A DNA stretch of 63,067 bases, the filler included, from Octopus bimaculoides (lineage: Eukaryota), in assembly GCF_001194135.2 (NCBI RefSeq). It is 5 parts of 4 records of this genome, joined end to end, with 100 filler letters (N's around TTAATTAATTAA, not from the genome) between each part and the next. Parts side by side here need not be neighbours in the genome. Positions count along the whole stretch, not along the records: positions 1 to 10,088 come from NC_068984.1; positions 10,189 to 25,168 come from NC_068981.1; 3 more parts are not named here. The stretch is one strand, 5' to 3'. Shown piece by piece: positions 1 through 11,583 of this stretch. Each line of letters opens with the position of its first letter. Position 1 is the first letter of the stretch. The position numbers and the translations under genes were made by a program. A model generated the notes under the pieces. The model made no database searches. It saw nothing but the letters and a program-made list of their open reading frames with translations, and was not told where the DNA came from.

Positions 1-3
1 ATA

Positions 4-37
<34 letters not shown>

Positions 38-162
38 GTAAATCTATGGTTCAGGTGTGCAGTTTGTATTCTTAGTAGCTAATTAAGGAAGAATTGACTT
101 CTGGCAAACACTTCATCTTATGTGTTATAAAACGGTACCTTTATTTTAATCTATTTAACATA

Positions 163-1067
163 CGTGGTCTGATCAATAAGTGTCTGGGCTGTTGCCATAG
201 TAACGAAACTAGAGCACGCAGAGTGATGCTGCTTGGTACAGATTGACCTTCAGCTCTGCTGTGCATGCACATTAAGTTTTATCATTCTATCTCACTTTCG
301 CTGTTTACAACAGTGCTTGGGAGGAAGGTGTGTAGCGTGTGATTGTTCCATTGACCATGACGGAGAAAGTTGAGCAGAAGGGCTGCATTAAATTTTGCCA
401 AATTTTGCCAAAAGTTTGGAGATACCTACTCAGAGATCTACGCAAAGTTTTCCAAAAGTTTTCATCGTTCTCGACACAATCAAGGAGATTTTGTGCAACT
501 GAAACTCGAGTGTCTTTTTGGACAGCTGAAAGCAGTTTAGGCACAAACTTGGTATACACGCGTCTCATAACCAAATCTTCAGTGATAATGGACTGAACTG
601 AACCATATCTAATCCGCACATCTTCTGATAACTCACGGATAGAGAATCGACGATTTCCCGTCACAGCTGCACCCACATCTGCGATGTTTTTCTCAGTTCT
701 GCTGGTTACAGGTCTCCCTGAACGTTCATCAATATCGACATTTTTTCGACCATCTTGGAAACGTCTGAACAATTCGTACATTTGCGTGTGGCTCATACAA
801 TCCACTCCATATACTTTCTGCAACTTTACGCAGGCCTCTGAACAGGTATTGCCATGACGACTTTCTCTGTCACGGTCAATGTGACGATCACACGCTACAC
901 GCCTTCCTTTCAAGCACTGTTTTAAACAGCGGAAGTGGGCTAGAACGCTTTAACTTAGTGCGCATGAACAACAGAGGGTAAGGTCAATCTTTGCCAAGCG
1001 GCTTTACCTTCCGTGCTTTAGCTTAGTTACTATGGCGACAGTTCTGATACTTATTGATCAGACCTCG
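163..1067 (-). mobile_element. Rearranged non-autonomous mariner (foldback derivative, transposase N-terminal HTH only)
   Basis: TA flanks at 161-162 and 1068-1069. Ends cgtggtctgatcaataag / cttattgatcagacctcg are inverted repeats. The minus-strand ORF carries mariner HTH motifs (ERSGRP, KFVPKLL). No DDD catalytic domain. Confidence 0.9.
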
Positions 1068-1290
1068 TATAGAAATTTCCAAAATTTTTGCAGATGTCTT
1101 GTGACTCTTCTAACTTTACACTCTTTTATAGCCTTAGTTTTTCTGACAGCTGTCTCACTTAATACATTGCCGCAAATATATTGTGCACTGATAGTTTATG
1201 CCTGACTTACACGCACGCACACGCACACACACACACAAATACACACGCATACATTATATATACACTTGTATATGTATGTATGTTATTATG

Positions 1291-1530
1291 TTATTATTCA
1301 GTTTGATTTCAAGATTTCTCGCCAATAGAGAAAGAACCGGTTTCTAACCTAGATCCAAGGCTCCTTCACTGGAATTTCAACATCAACAGGGTATTTTTGT
1401 ATGTATGTATGTATGTATGTATGTATGTTTTGTTTTATGTATGTATTCTCATACATATACTTGCATATATAGATATGTTCATATATACTTAAATGATAAT
1501 CTTCTGGAGAGTTTTACAGATTTTTACAGT
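1291..1530 (+). repeat. (GTAT)n-embedded interspersed repeat, copy 1
   Basis: ~105-bp core (ttcagtttgatttcaag...ccaatagagaaagaaccggtttctaacctag...ggaatttcaa) plus a second module (tatacttaaatgataa). Homologous to 2930-3240 (-) and 7236-7340 (+). Confidence 0.75.
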
Positions 1531-1756
1531 TCCATGTGTGGTTTGGATTTGTAGTCCTGGAATCAGCTTTCTCCTTTCTGGTTTTCAGAAGCCTAATTTC
1601 TCAAGATTGATATTTAAGTAGCATGTATGTAGGTACGTATGAATGTATGTAAGTATGCATGCATACACGGATGAGTGAACAAACGAAAGAAAGCAGCACT
1701 CCACACATTTAGTAACAACCAGATTCAGCTCTACAGCACTTAAAGTTTCGTTGCCG

Positions 1757-2150
1757 TGTTTCAGTCTTTTGACTGTGGCCATGCTGGAGCACCGCCTTTA
1801 GTCGAGCAAATCGACCCCAGGACTTATTCTTTGGAAACCTAGTACTTATTCTATCGGTCTCTTTTGCCGAACCGCTAAGTTACGGGGACATGAACACACC
1901 AGCATCGGTTGTCAAGCGATGTTGGGGGACAAACACAGACATACAAACACATACACACACACACATATATATATATACATATATACGACAGGCTTCTTTC
2001 AGTTTCCGTCTACCAAATCCACTCACAAGGCTTTGGTCGGCCCGAGGCTATAGTAGAAGACACTTGCCCAAGATGCCACGCAGTGGGACTGAACCCGGGA
2101 CCATGTGGTTGGTAAGCAAGCTACTTACCACACAGCCACTCCTACGCCTA
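1757..2150 (-). mobile_element. tRNA-derived SINE family A, full length
   Basis: Head ggagtggctgtgtggtaagtagc...gggttcagtccc with A/B-box-like motifs. Body and tail shared with about 12 other copies in the window. Confidence 0.9.
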
Positions 2151-2175
2151 TTATATATATAAATAATATATAAAT

Positions 2176-2565
2176 ATATGCATATATACATACATGTATG
2201 TACATTCCTACATATATATGTATATATACATGCATATATGGGTTACAGGACATCAAAAAACGTAGACAAAATGAGAAACGAGAACATGAAAAAACATAGA
2301 AAACGAACATTTTTTCGAACAACGAAAGAAACAAACAGAGAAACGAGACAGGCAACATAAAGAACATTCCCTTCAAAACAAGGGACAACTGATGAAGGGA
2401 ATGTTCTTTATGTTACCTGTCTCGTTTCTCTGTGTGTTTCTTTCGTTTTTGTTTTTTCATGTTCTCGTTTCTCATTTTGTCTACGTTTTTTTGATTCCTG
2501 TACCCATATATGCATGCATATATACATATATATGTAGGTATGTACATATATGTATATATGCATAT
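2176..2565. repeat. Foldback (inverted-repeat) element, ~190-bp arms, 17-nt loop
   Basis: Arm ending aagaacattcccttca (2375) is the reverse complement of the arm starting tgaagggaatgttctt (2393). The right arm is homologous to 9927-10082. Confidence 0.85.
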
Positions 2566-2683
2566 TTTTTTTATTTATGCGCCCTTTTAAAGACTAGCCA
2601 GGCTCATGGACCCGGTTTCCGGGTTTCTATGGCGTAGATCCTTCAAAACAATGCCTAAGTATGGCTGCAGTAAAGTGACTCAA

Positions 2684-2814
2684 AGAAAGAAAGAAACAAA
2701 CAAACAAACAAAGAAAGAAAGAAACAAAGAAAGAAAGAAAGAAGGATGGATGGATGGATGGATGGATGGATGGATGGATGGATAGGTAGGTAGGTAGGTA
2801 GGTAGGTATGTGGG

Positions 2815-2871
<57 letters not shown>

Positions 2872-2925
2872 GGACAGACGGACGGACGGACATAAGTAAA
2901 TACATACTTACATACATTCATACAT
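2684..2925. repeat. Compound tetranucleotide microsatellite (AAGA/AAAC/GGAT/GGTA/GATA/GGAC/TACA)
   Basis: Directly visible tandem blocks. Confidence 0.95.
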
Positions 2926-2929
2926 ACAC

Positions 2930-3096
2930 TGTAAAATTTTCCTGAAGTTTATCATTTAAGTATATACCAGTATGTCTAGATATGCAGTTATATGCATGAT
3001 AATACATACACATACATAAAACAGTCCATACAAATCTGCTCACATACATGCATGCATATATACATACATACATGGATGCATACATACATACATACA

Positions 3097-3128
<32 letters not shown>

Positions 3129-3240
3129 AAAATACACTCTCGATGTTGTTCAAATTCCAATGAAGGAGCCATGGCTCTAGGTTAGAAACCAGCTCTTTCT
3201 CTATTGGCAAAAAATCTTGAAATAAAACTGAATAATAACA
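2930..3240 (-). repeat. (GTAT)n-embedded interspersed repeat, copy 2
   Basis: Reverse-complement match to 1291-1530, including both modules separated by (ATAC)n. Confidence 0.75.
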
Positions 3241-4090
3241 TACATACGTACACACATGCATGCATACATACATACATATTTTCTACTTAAGATTACTTTC
3301 TTCTAATTTTCATGAGACCTTTGCATATTGTTTGTGACAATAATGTTCCTATATCCATCATCAACGTTTCTAGACTTTCACGTGCCATGTGTAACAACCG
3401 CCTTTTAAAAACGAGCGAATATAATTTGTGTAGACTTTAATGGCAGAATGTATTTTATACAGATTTTATTTGGAATTTTAAATTGGATTGTTACATTTAT
3501 GCGTTGTCTGTTTATTTTAACAATGTGATGTTAGAATATGGTTTCATTAATAATCTTGAATTATGCTTCCATTAATAATCTTGTATTTTTGTGGGAAATT
3601 CATTATAGTGGCGATGTATTGCACTCCTATGTTCCATCAACTTTGTTTTCTGGGTGGGGGGTTTCCGCAGTGTGCTGTAGTTGCTCCTTCTTGCAAGTGC
3701 AGGATTGAAGTAAAACGTATTTCCTTGTATAATAAACCACATATACATACTTATAAATGTATATGTATGTATGTATGTATTCAAAGTTATATAAAATAAA
3801 ACAAACGAAATGAATTTCCGAGTGTTGCTACAGTTGTTTCGTTAAAGTTTGCCTTTCGATGTAAGCATAATACACTTATTCAAGTTATGCATTACACTAT
3901 GCAACAACCAAGCTCGTCAAGCAACTTCTCGAAACGGAGTGACACAATGACTTGTTAAGTAATCCATTGATTCTGAGCAAGGAGAATTACAAATGAAAGT
4001 ACCGATATTTATGATGTACATAATTATATGATGTTCATAATTGTATGTGTGTGTGTGTGTGTGTCTAAAACCATATACGCACATACAAGC

Positions 4091-4131
<41 letters not shown>

Positions 4132-5539
4132 AAGATAATTGTGCGTAGAAATCCCGGATCAAGTCACTCTATTTATTTTTTTTTTTTTTACCAAAAAGGT
4201 GTCTCCCATTGTTCTTTAAGTGCATAGTGCAAAAGCTATTGGACAAAATCGATCCGAAAAGGTGGGGATCATAAATTTCCCAAAATATTTTCTTAAAATT
4301 CACTTCCAACTTACCCCGTCATTTGCATGTGTGTGGTGAAGAAAAAATTGAAAATTCACCGTCAAAACGGAGAAAATCCAACTTATGTGGGAGTGATATT
4401 CCGAAAGNNNNNNNNNNNNNNNNNNNNNNNNNNNNNNNNNNNNNNNNNNNNNNNNNNNNNNNNNNNNNNNNNNNNNNNNNNNNNNNNNNNNNNNNNNNNN
4501 NNNNNNNNNNNNNNNNNNNNNNNNNNNNNNNNNNNNNNNNNNNNNNNNNNNNNNNNNNNNNNNNNNNNNNNNNNNNNNNNNNNNNNNNNNNNNNNNNNNN
4601 NNNNNNNNNNNNNNNNNNNNNNNNNNNNNNNNNNNNNNNNNNNNNNNNNNNNNNNNNNNNNNNNNNNNNNNNNNNNNNNNNNNNNNNNNNNNNNNNNNNN
4701 NNNNNNNNNNNNNNNNNNNNNNNNNNNNNNNNNNNNNNNNNNNNNNNNNNNNNNNNNNNNNNNNNNNNNNNNNNNNNNNNNNNNNNNNNNNNNNNNNNNN
4801 NNNNNNNNNNNNNNNNNNNNNNNNNNNNNNNNNNNNNNNNNNNNNNNNNNNNNNNNNNNNNNNNNNNNNNNNNNNNNNNNNNNNNNNNNNNNNNNNNNNN
4901 NNNNNNNNNNNNCACCTCAATATTCATGCCAAGTCTAGTCAGGAAAGCCGAAGTTCCAGTAATTTACTTAACGGCAGCAGGCAAGTGTACGGGTCCTCTA
5001 AGGTCGTATACAGAGTACTGGAGAAGGTTCATATGAAGACGACCTGCACAAGGCCAGACCACCACTAGAGAGAGTATTATACTTAATACACTGTTGACAG
5101 GCAAGTTACTGTGGAGTTCTTTTTTTTTTTTTCCTCGAAATAAAATATCTTATGTGCGTGCCATGTTTAAAAACAAAATATATTGAAGGAGGACGAAAAA
5201 TCGTCCCAGCAGTAGTCAGCAAGAACACCAGATGCATTTCGGTTTATTGAGCTTCACCATGGACGTGTACTCACAGTCAACCACATGCCTAGATGTGAGT
5301 TATCGCCTCCGATATAGGAAACAGTAAATAAAACATTCACAGGCTTACAAACAAAAGGTTGTCAGTGTGAATTCGAAGCTTCGAATTAGAAGCCGCCACC
5401 AGACTGATGGCGACTGGTAAACCGAAACTTCAAAGTCATTTTCGACCATTTCTTTGAAAAGGTTAATACGTATTTTACTAAAAGGAATAAATAACCTTCC
5501 AATATACTGTTAACTTTTTTTTAGATTTGTTTCACAACC

Positions 5540-5660
5540 ACACTGGACCGTGTTCAGTCCCACTGCGTGTCACCTCAAGTGTTTTCTACTATAGGTTCGG
5601 ACCGACCAAAGCTTTGTAAGATGGAAACTAAAAGAAACCCGTCGTGTGTGTGTGTGTGTC
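5540..5660 (+). mobile_element. SINE family A fragment
   Basis: gttcagtcccactgcgtg...ggaaactaaaagaaacccgtcg matches the family A body. Confidence 0.75.
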
Positions 5661-5682
5661 TACTCACGATATATAAACAGAG

Positions 5683-5890
5683 AAGCTGGAGTGGAATGTT
5701 TCGCTCCTTTACTCACAGTATATCGGACACAGGTTATATATTGTGAGTAGGGACGATTGACTGCCATCTCTAGCAGGCAAGTATCCAGTACCGATGAAGG
5801 GTAAAGACCCAGAAACCATGGTCTACTGGTCTTGCCAAGCTGGAAGAGAGTCATTCGCTCTCTTACTCACAAGATATCGGACATAGGTTG
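5683..5890 (+). mobile_element. Retrozyme-like 154-nt repeat (1.35 units) containing a hammerhead fold
   Basis: Direct repeat aagctgg...tactcac...tatcggac...aggtt at 5683-5735 and 5837-5889, period 154, with a hammerhead between the copies. Confidence 0.6.
5776..5836 (+). ncRNA. Type I minimal hammerhead ribozyme-like fold (core variant CCGAUGA)
   Basis: Stem I GGCAAG..CCAGUA / UACUGG.CUUGCC. Core CCGAUGA at 5791-5797. Stem II GGGU-aaag-ACCC. GAAA at 5812-5815. Palindromic stem III ACCAUGGU. Predicted GUC cleavage after 5823. Confidence 0.75.
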
Positions 5891-6033
5891 TGTGTCGTTA
5901 ACCAGCTGAAAAAGACGTTTTCTTGGAGTTTAAATGTAGTAACATAATTCTTTATTGAACAACCATGTTATAGTGGCAAAAAAACGTTACCGTCTAGTAT
6001 TGTTACTACTTATATCTCGTTTGGAGATTTTAG

Positions 6034-6085
<52 letters not shown>

Positions 6086-6671
6086 NNNNNNNNNNNNNNN
6101 NNNNNNNNNNNNNNNNNNNNNNNNNNNNNNNNNNNNNNNNNNNNNNNNNNNNNNNNNNNNNNNNNNNNNNNNNNNNNNNNNNNNNNNNNNNNNNNNNNNN
6201 NNNNNNNNNNNNNNNNNNNNNNNNNNNNNNNNNNNNNNNNNNNNNNNNNNNNNNNNNNNNNNNNNNNNNNNNNNNNNNNNNNNNNNNNNNNNNNNNNNNN
6301 NNNNNNNNNNNNNNNNNNNNNNNNNNNNNNNNNNNNNNNNNNNNNNNNNNNNNNNNNNNNNNNNNNNNNNNNNNNNNNNNNNNNNNNNNNNNNNNNNNNN
6401 NNNNNNNNNNNNNNNNNNNNNNNNNNNNNNNNNNNNNNNNNNNNNNNNNNNNNNNNNNNNNNNNNNNNNNNNNNNNNNNNNNNNNNNNNNNNNNNNNNNN
6501 NNNNNNNNNNNNNNNNNNNNNNNNNNNNNNNNNNNNNNNNNNNNNNNNNNNNNNNNNNNNNNNNNNNNNNNNNNNNNNNNNNNNNNNNNNNNNNNNNNNN
6601 NNNNNNNNNNNNNNNNNNNNNNNNNNNNNNNNNNNNNNNNNNNNNNNNNNNNNNNNNNNNNNNNNNNNNNN

Positions 6672-6722
<51 letters not shown>

Positions 6723-7235
6723 ATATATATTATCTAATCATTTTTGCTAGTTTATTTTGTCTCTTTGTCTTCTCTCCTGGTGCTGTATGAACATTTAATG
6801 TGGTTTTAGAGTCAAGTTTTGGTTGCTATATCTAGCATGGTGGTATCTTTTAGATACCCTTAATTATAATTTTAATAATAATTATTACCTATGAGGTCTT
6901 TTATTCCCTGGTATTTTAAATAACGATCTTATCCTTATTTATATAAATTAACAGATTACGTGCTTAGAACCTCAAGATTGCTTCAAGAAACAAAGCGTGT
7001 TTTAAAACCAGCCTAGACGCATGCTTCCACAGAAAGAAACAATTAGTAACTTGTATCTTTATACTGCCTACATTAAATTATATTTATCTCTCACTGGATA
7101 GAGTACTTTTTTGTTGATCTTACCTTAATGGAACAGTATACTATATATGTGTATATGTATGTATCTATGTTTTGTATGTATGTATGTATGTATGTATGTA
7201 TGTATGTATGTATGTATGCATGATAATGTATGTTT

Positions 7236-7340
7236 GTCATTCAGTTTTATTTCAAGACTCCTTGCCAATAGAGAAAGAGTCGGTTTCTAACCTAAATTTA
7301 AAGTTCTTTCATTGGAATTTCAAGAACATCAACAGGGCTG
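7236..7340 (+). repeat. (GTAT)n-embedded interspersed repeat, copy 3
   Basis: Core matches 1291-1395 and is flanked on both sides by (GTAT)n. Confidence 0.75.
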
Positions 7341-7417
7341 ATGTATGTATGTCTGTCTGTCTGTCTGTCTGTATGTATGTATGTATGTGTGTGTGTGTAT
7401 GCATGTATGTATGTATG

Positions 7418-7451
<34 letters not shown>

Positions 7452-9165
7452 TGTATAAGGGTTTACCTCTACAGTCTGTCCCATCCATACAATACATTCT
7501 AAAATTCAATGTTCTTAGAATTGAATCAAGAGGTTTCTTCCGTTTAATCTGACTGACGAAATTCTTCACATGGTATATCGATGATATTCAGTGGTTTTGG
7601 AATTTAAAATACTAGTTTATTTGGGTGTCTATCTTTAAGAATTTGTAAATTAAATCATTCAAGGCAGTATGTCTTTTCCTGAAGAATTTCCAAGCACTGT
7701 TCTCGAACATTAATTGAGTGTACCTAAATGCAGAAACTTGCTTGCTAAAATTGCCAATTATGCAGATCGTATTAAAGTATCATTAAAAGTCAAATCAACA
7801 GTAATGAGAGATTTTAGTCGGCAATTAGATCAATGAGAGAAGTTGTTTTTTAGAGTAGGCAGTAGTATATTGCTTCGTATGGAGTGGATGTGTTCGTGGG
7901 AGAAGTTAACAAGTTTAGTAATGAATGTCGCCAGTTTTCATAGTGTAATAGGTTAAAAGACTTTAAATAATGCGCAATTAGTATTTGATTCAAAGATTAT
8001 AGTCTTTCATAAATAAGTATATAAATAAATATCAAAGCATTTAATAGTTACTTTCTATGTTGAGAAAAGAAAGGGTTTGTCATACTTCGCAACTATAGAC
8101 GCAGAGTTTATCGAAACAAATTTAATATTGAAGTGACTTTAAAAAGTAGATGGAAAATACGATAATAATTTTTTTATCTTTTACAGTGAAAGAGCTGCTG
8201 ACAAAATATATATAGTGATTGATTGCATAGTTCACCAAAATGATTTTCAAACATGTTTTCCAAATGCATCGTTAAGTATATAGCATTATTTAAAAACTTA
8301 CTGCAATATTTGAATAAACCATTTATTATCTTTAGAATTGTGGAACAATTGTAATGAACCGATCTCCCTTGAGCAACATTTGGCCTGCATTAAAATTTGA
8401 AATTGCTCTCCTATAAAATCTTTATTTAAAAAACCGTTTAAGCTTTAAAACAAAAAAGAAATAGTGCCATATAAATTGTATATCTATGTACGAATTTGTG
8501 AAATTAGAAAGTCATTACTTTTCTCAACAGTGGTGTGCTTCAAATTGCACAGATTCTCTAGCTACTTCCTGCAATTCCACACTCGTACAACAATAGTTCT
8601 TCAACTGTGGCGCCATATGTATACGATAATGTTGAAGTTGTTGAGTTTTTGGTATTTTTTGACGGATCAAGTTTTAAATACATATCTATAGTGGTTTTAA
8701 AATAATCATTAAAGAAGAGAAATACAATTAGTGCTTGGGAAATGGAAATTTTGCTTTGTTTTGCTTTTTTAAGAGAACTTTTAATTGTGGGAAAGAAATG
8801 TTTCGATGCAGAAAATAAAGCAAATCTCTTACCTTTTATCTTTTATTTGTTTCATTCATTGGACTGCGGCAATGCTAAGGTAATGCCTTGAAGGACTTAG
8901 AGGAACGAATCGACCCCCCGTTACANNNNNNNNNNNNNNNNNNNNNNNNNNNNNNNNNNNNNNNNNNNNNNNNNNNNNNNNNNNNNNNNNNNNNNNNNNN
9001 NNNNNNNNNNNNNNNNNNNNNNNNNNNNNNNNNNNNNNNNNNNNNNNNNNNNNNNNNNNNNNNNNNNNNNNNNNNNNNNNNNNNNNNNNNNNNNNNNNNN
9101 NNNNNNNNNNNNNNNNNNNNNNNNNNNNNNNNNNNNNNNNNNNNNNNNNNNNNNNNNNNNNNNNN

Positions 9166-9205
<40 letters not shown>

Positions 9206-9225
9206 GGCGATGTATGTGTGTGTGT

Positions 9226-9590
9226 GCATGGCTGTGTGGTAACAAGCTTGCTTCTCAATCACATAGGTCGAATTCAGTCCCACTGCGTGACACCTTGTGA
9301 GTGGATTTGGTAAACGGAAACAGAAAAGAAGCCCATCGTGTATATATATGTATATGTCTACATGTGTATGTCTTTGTATATGTTTGTCCCCCACCACCGC
9401 TTGACATTCGGTGATGATGTGTTTACGTCTCCGTAACTTAGCGACTCGGCAAAGAGAAATTGATGGAATAAGTACCAGGCTCAAAAAAAAACCAAATAAG
9501 TTCTGGGGTCGATTTGTTCGATTAAAACCCTTCAAGGCGGTGCCCCAGCATGACCACAGTCCAATGACTGAAACAAATAAAAGAATAAAG
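9226..9590 (+). mobile_element. SINE family A (internal deletion)
   Basis: Head, body and tail match family A, lacking the gggcaagtgtcttctactatagcc segment. Confidence 0.85.
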
Positions 9591-9926
9591 GAATATATAT
9601 ATATATAATAAATTAAATTAATAATTTTATATATACATATATATATATATATCTTATCTTAGCTATCGCCAAGCTTGCACACGAACATTCTTCGTCCCGC
9701 TTCCTTCCAGTTCGTTGCTCCACAGCGTTCAGTATACACATATTTTTTCCCGTCTGGCTGTATAACCTTTTTTGTTTATTTTCACTGTTTCGTTTTCCTG
9801 TCTTGTTTTCTGTCCGCCACTACATTCCTCATGGTACAAATTCAATTTGTGGTCCGTGGGAAGAGCCATTCTAACGATGCGTCCTGCCCTAACTCTTCGA
9901 AACGATTAATTTTAGAATGGTGGCAG

Positions 9927-10082
9927 CTGATGAAGGAAATGTTCTCTATGTGGCCTGTGTGTTTTCTGCACTCTGTTTATCATTTTGTCCACGTTTTTTT
10001 GCAACGTCCTGTACCCAGATATGCATCTATATATACATGTAGATGTAGGTATGTACATACATGTACGTATATATGCATATAC
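9927..10082 (+). repeat. Single-arm relative of the 2176-2565 foldback family
   Basis: ctgatgaagg.aatgttct.tatgt..cctgt...cctgtaccca.atatgcat shared with 2389-2565. Confidence 0.7.
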
Positions 10083-10088
10083 TCATTT

Positions 10089-10188
10089 NNNNNNNNNNNN
10101 NNNNNNNNNNNNNNNNNNNNNNNNNNNNNNNNTTAATTAATTAANNNNNNNNNNNNNNNNNNNNNNNNNNNNNNNNNNNNNNNNNNNN
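10089..10188. other. Artificial scaffold-join spacer N44-TTAATTAATTAA-N44
   Basis: Exactly 100 nt, with a linker carrying stops in all six frames. Identical to three other spacers. Confidence 0.95.
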
Positions 10189-10315
10189 ATATATATATAT
10201 ATATATGTAATGTATGTATTAGAACTCTACCACCTTCAAAGAATTTATGTGCAAGATGTATTCTTTGTGTGCGTGCGCACATGTGTGCATGTGTGTGTCT
10301 GTATGTTGTGTGTGT

Positions 10316-10359
<44 letters not shown>

Positions 10360-10491
10360 ATGTGCGTGCATATCTCCGCAAATGTTTCCTGACATTTAGT
10401 CCGTGGGCGGGGACCTATATCTAATTTGCTTAACGTTAGTGATTCGGTATCTAGGCAACGGATTAACGAGTTGTAGCAGTTAGACGAGACT

Positions 10492-10496
<5 letters not shown>

Positions 10497-10585
<89 letters not shown>
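10497..10585. repeat. (CT)n microsatellite
   Basis: Directly visible. Confidence 0.98.
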
Positions 10586-10590
<5 letters not shown>

Positions 10591-10649
10591 ATGAGTTGTT
10601 GACGACAGTGGAGAGGAAAGAGGAAAAATTATATATACGCTTCCGGATT

Positions 10650-11142
10650 ACCAGCCGAAGAATCAAGAAAGAGTCACATATAATATATATACAATAAATA
10701 TACATATGGAAAATCCTAGTATTAACTTTGGCATTGAGTATTATACAAATGCCAAACTGGCCGCCATTGCATCGTACCAAAGGCACCATCGGCTCCATCT
10801 GAATTCAGGACCAGATATTGCAATAGTCTAGGGTTCAAAGGTCCACAGCTCTTCAATGCTCTGCCACAAAAATTAAGAAATTTGCATACGATGGAAGTAG
10901 ATGTCTTCAAAAAGGAACTAGACATCCTCCTCTCCACGATACCGGGTGAACCAACAGCACAGCATTAGGTACAGACGAGGGCAGCGGTGTCAAACTCCCT
11001 TATACACCAAATGTACTAACAGCTGGGACAAAGGCACATACAGGAGTGGTGATGTGAAACACCCAGACTGAAGAAGTTAGAAAGACCATAGTGGTGCTCC
11101 AGTATGACCACGGTCGCATGGTGAACAGAGTAAAAGAGTAAA
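10650..11142 (+). mobile_element. CR1-type LINE 3' end (ORF2 C-terminus plus 3' UTR), degenerate
   Basis: Plus-strand translation WKIL...HCIVPKAPSAPSEFRTRYCNSLGFKGPQLFNALPQKLRNL...VDVFKKELDILLSTIPGEP resembles CR1-clade ORF2 C-termini. Ends in an agtaaaagagtaaa tail. Confidence 0.75.
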
Positions 11143-11157
11143 TATATATATATACAT

Positions 11158-11583
11158 TTACTCTTTTACTCTTTTACTTGTTTCAGTCATTTGACTGCAA
11201 CCATGCTGGAGCACCGCCTTTAGTCGAGCAAATCGACCCCAAGACTTATTCTTTGTTAGCCTAGTACTTATATATATATATATATATATATATATACTAT
11301 TTTGCCGAACCGCTAAGTTACGGGGACATAAACACACCAGCATCGGTTGTCAAGCGATGTTGGGGGGACAAACACAGACACATACACACACACACATACA
11401 TATATACATACATATATACGACGGGCTTCTTTCAGTTTCCGTCTACCAAATCCACTCACAAGGTTTTGGTCGGCCTGAGGCTATAGTAGAAGACACTTGC
11501 CCAAGGTGTCACGCAGTGGGACTAAACGCGGGACCATGTGGTTGGTAAGCAAGCTACTTACCACACAGCCACTCCTACGCCTA
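11158..11583 (-). mobile_element. SINE family A, full length
   Basis: Near-identical to 1757-2150, with an (AT)n insertion. Confidence 0.9.

Noticed and set aside
1890-2162. Recurrent short ORFs such as ...SVSVYQIHSQGFGRPEAIVEDTCPRCHAVGLNPGPCGW
   Set aside because: They are antisense readings of SINE family A, repeated in every copy.
5370-5387. 18-bp perfect palindrome AATTCGAAGCTTCGAATT as a heat-shock element or cloning linker
   Set aside because: Only two correctly spaced nGAAn units, no nearby gene, and no other vector-like sequence.
5404-5437. CTGATGG...GAAACTTCAAAGTC hammerhead-like string
   Set aside because: A9 is G, stem II is marginal and stem I does not pair. At best it is a very decayed relic.
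9893-9940. GAAACG followed by CTGATGAAGG as a permuted hammerhead
   Set aside because: No stem I complementarity and no convincing stem II.
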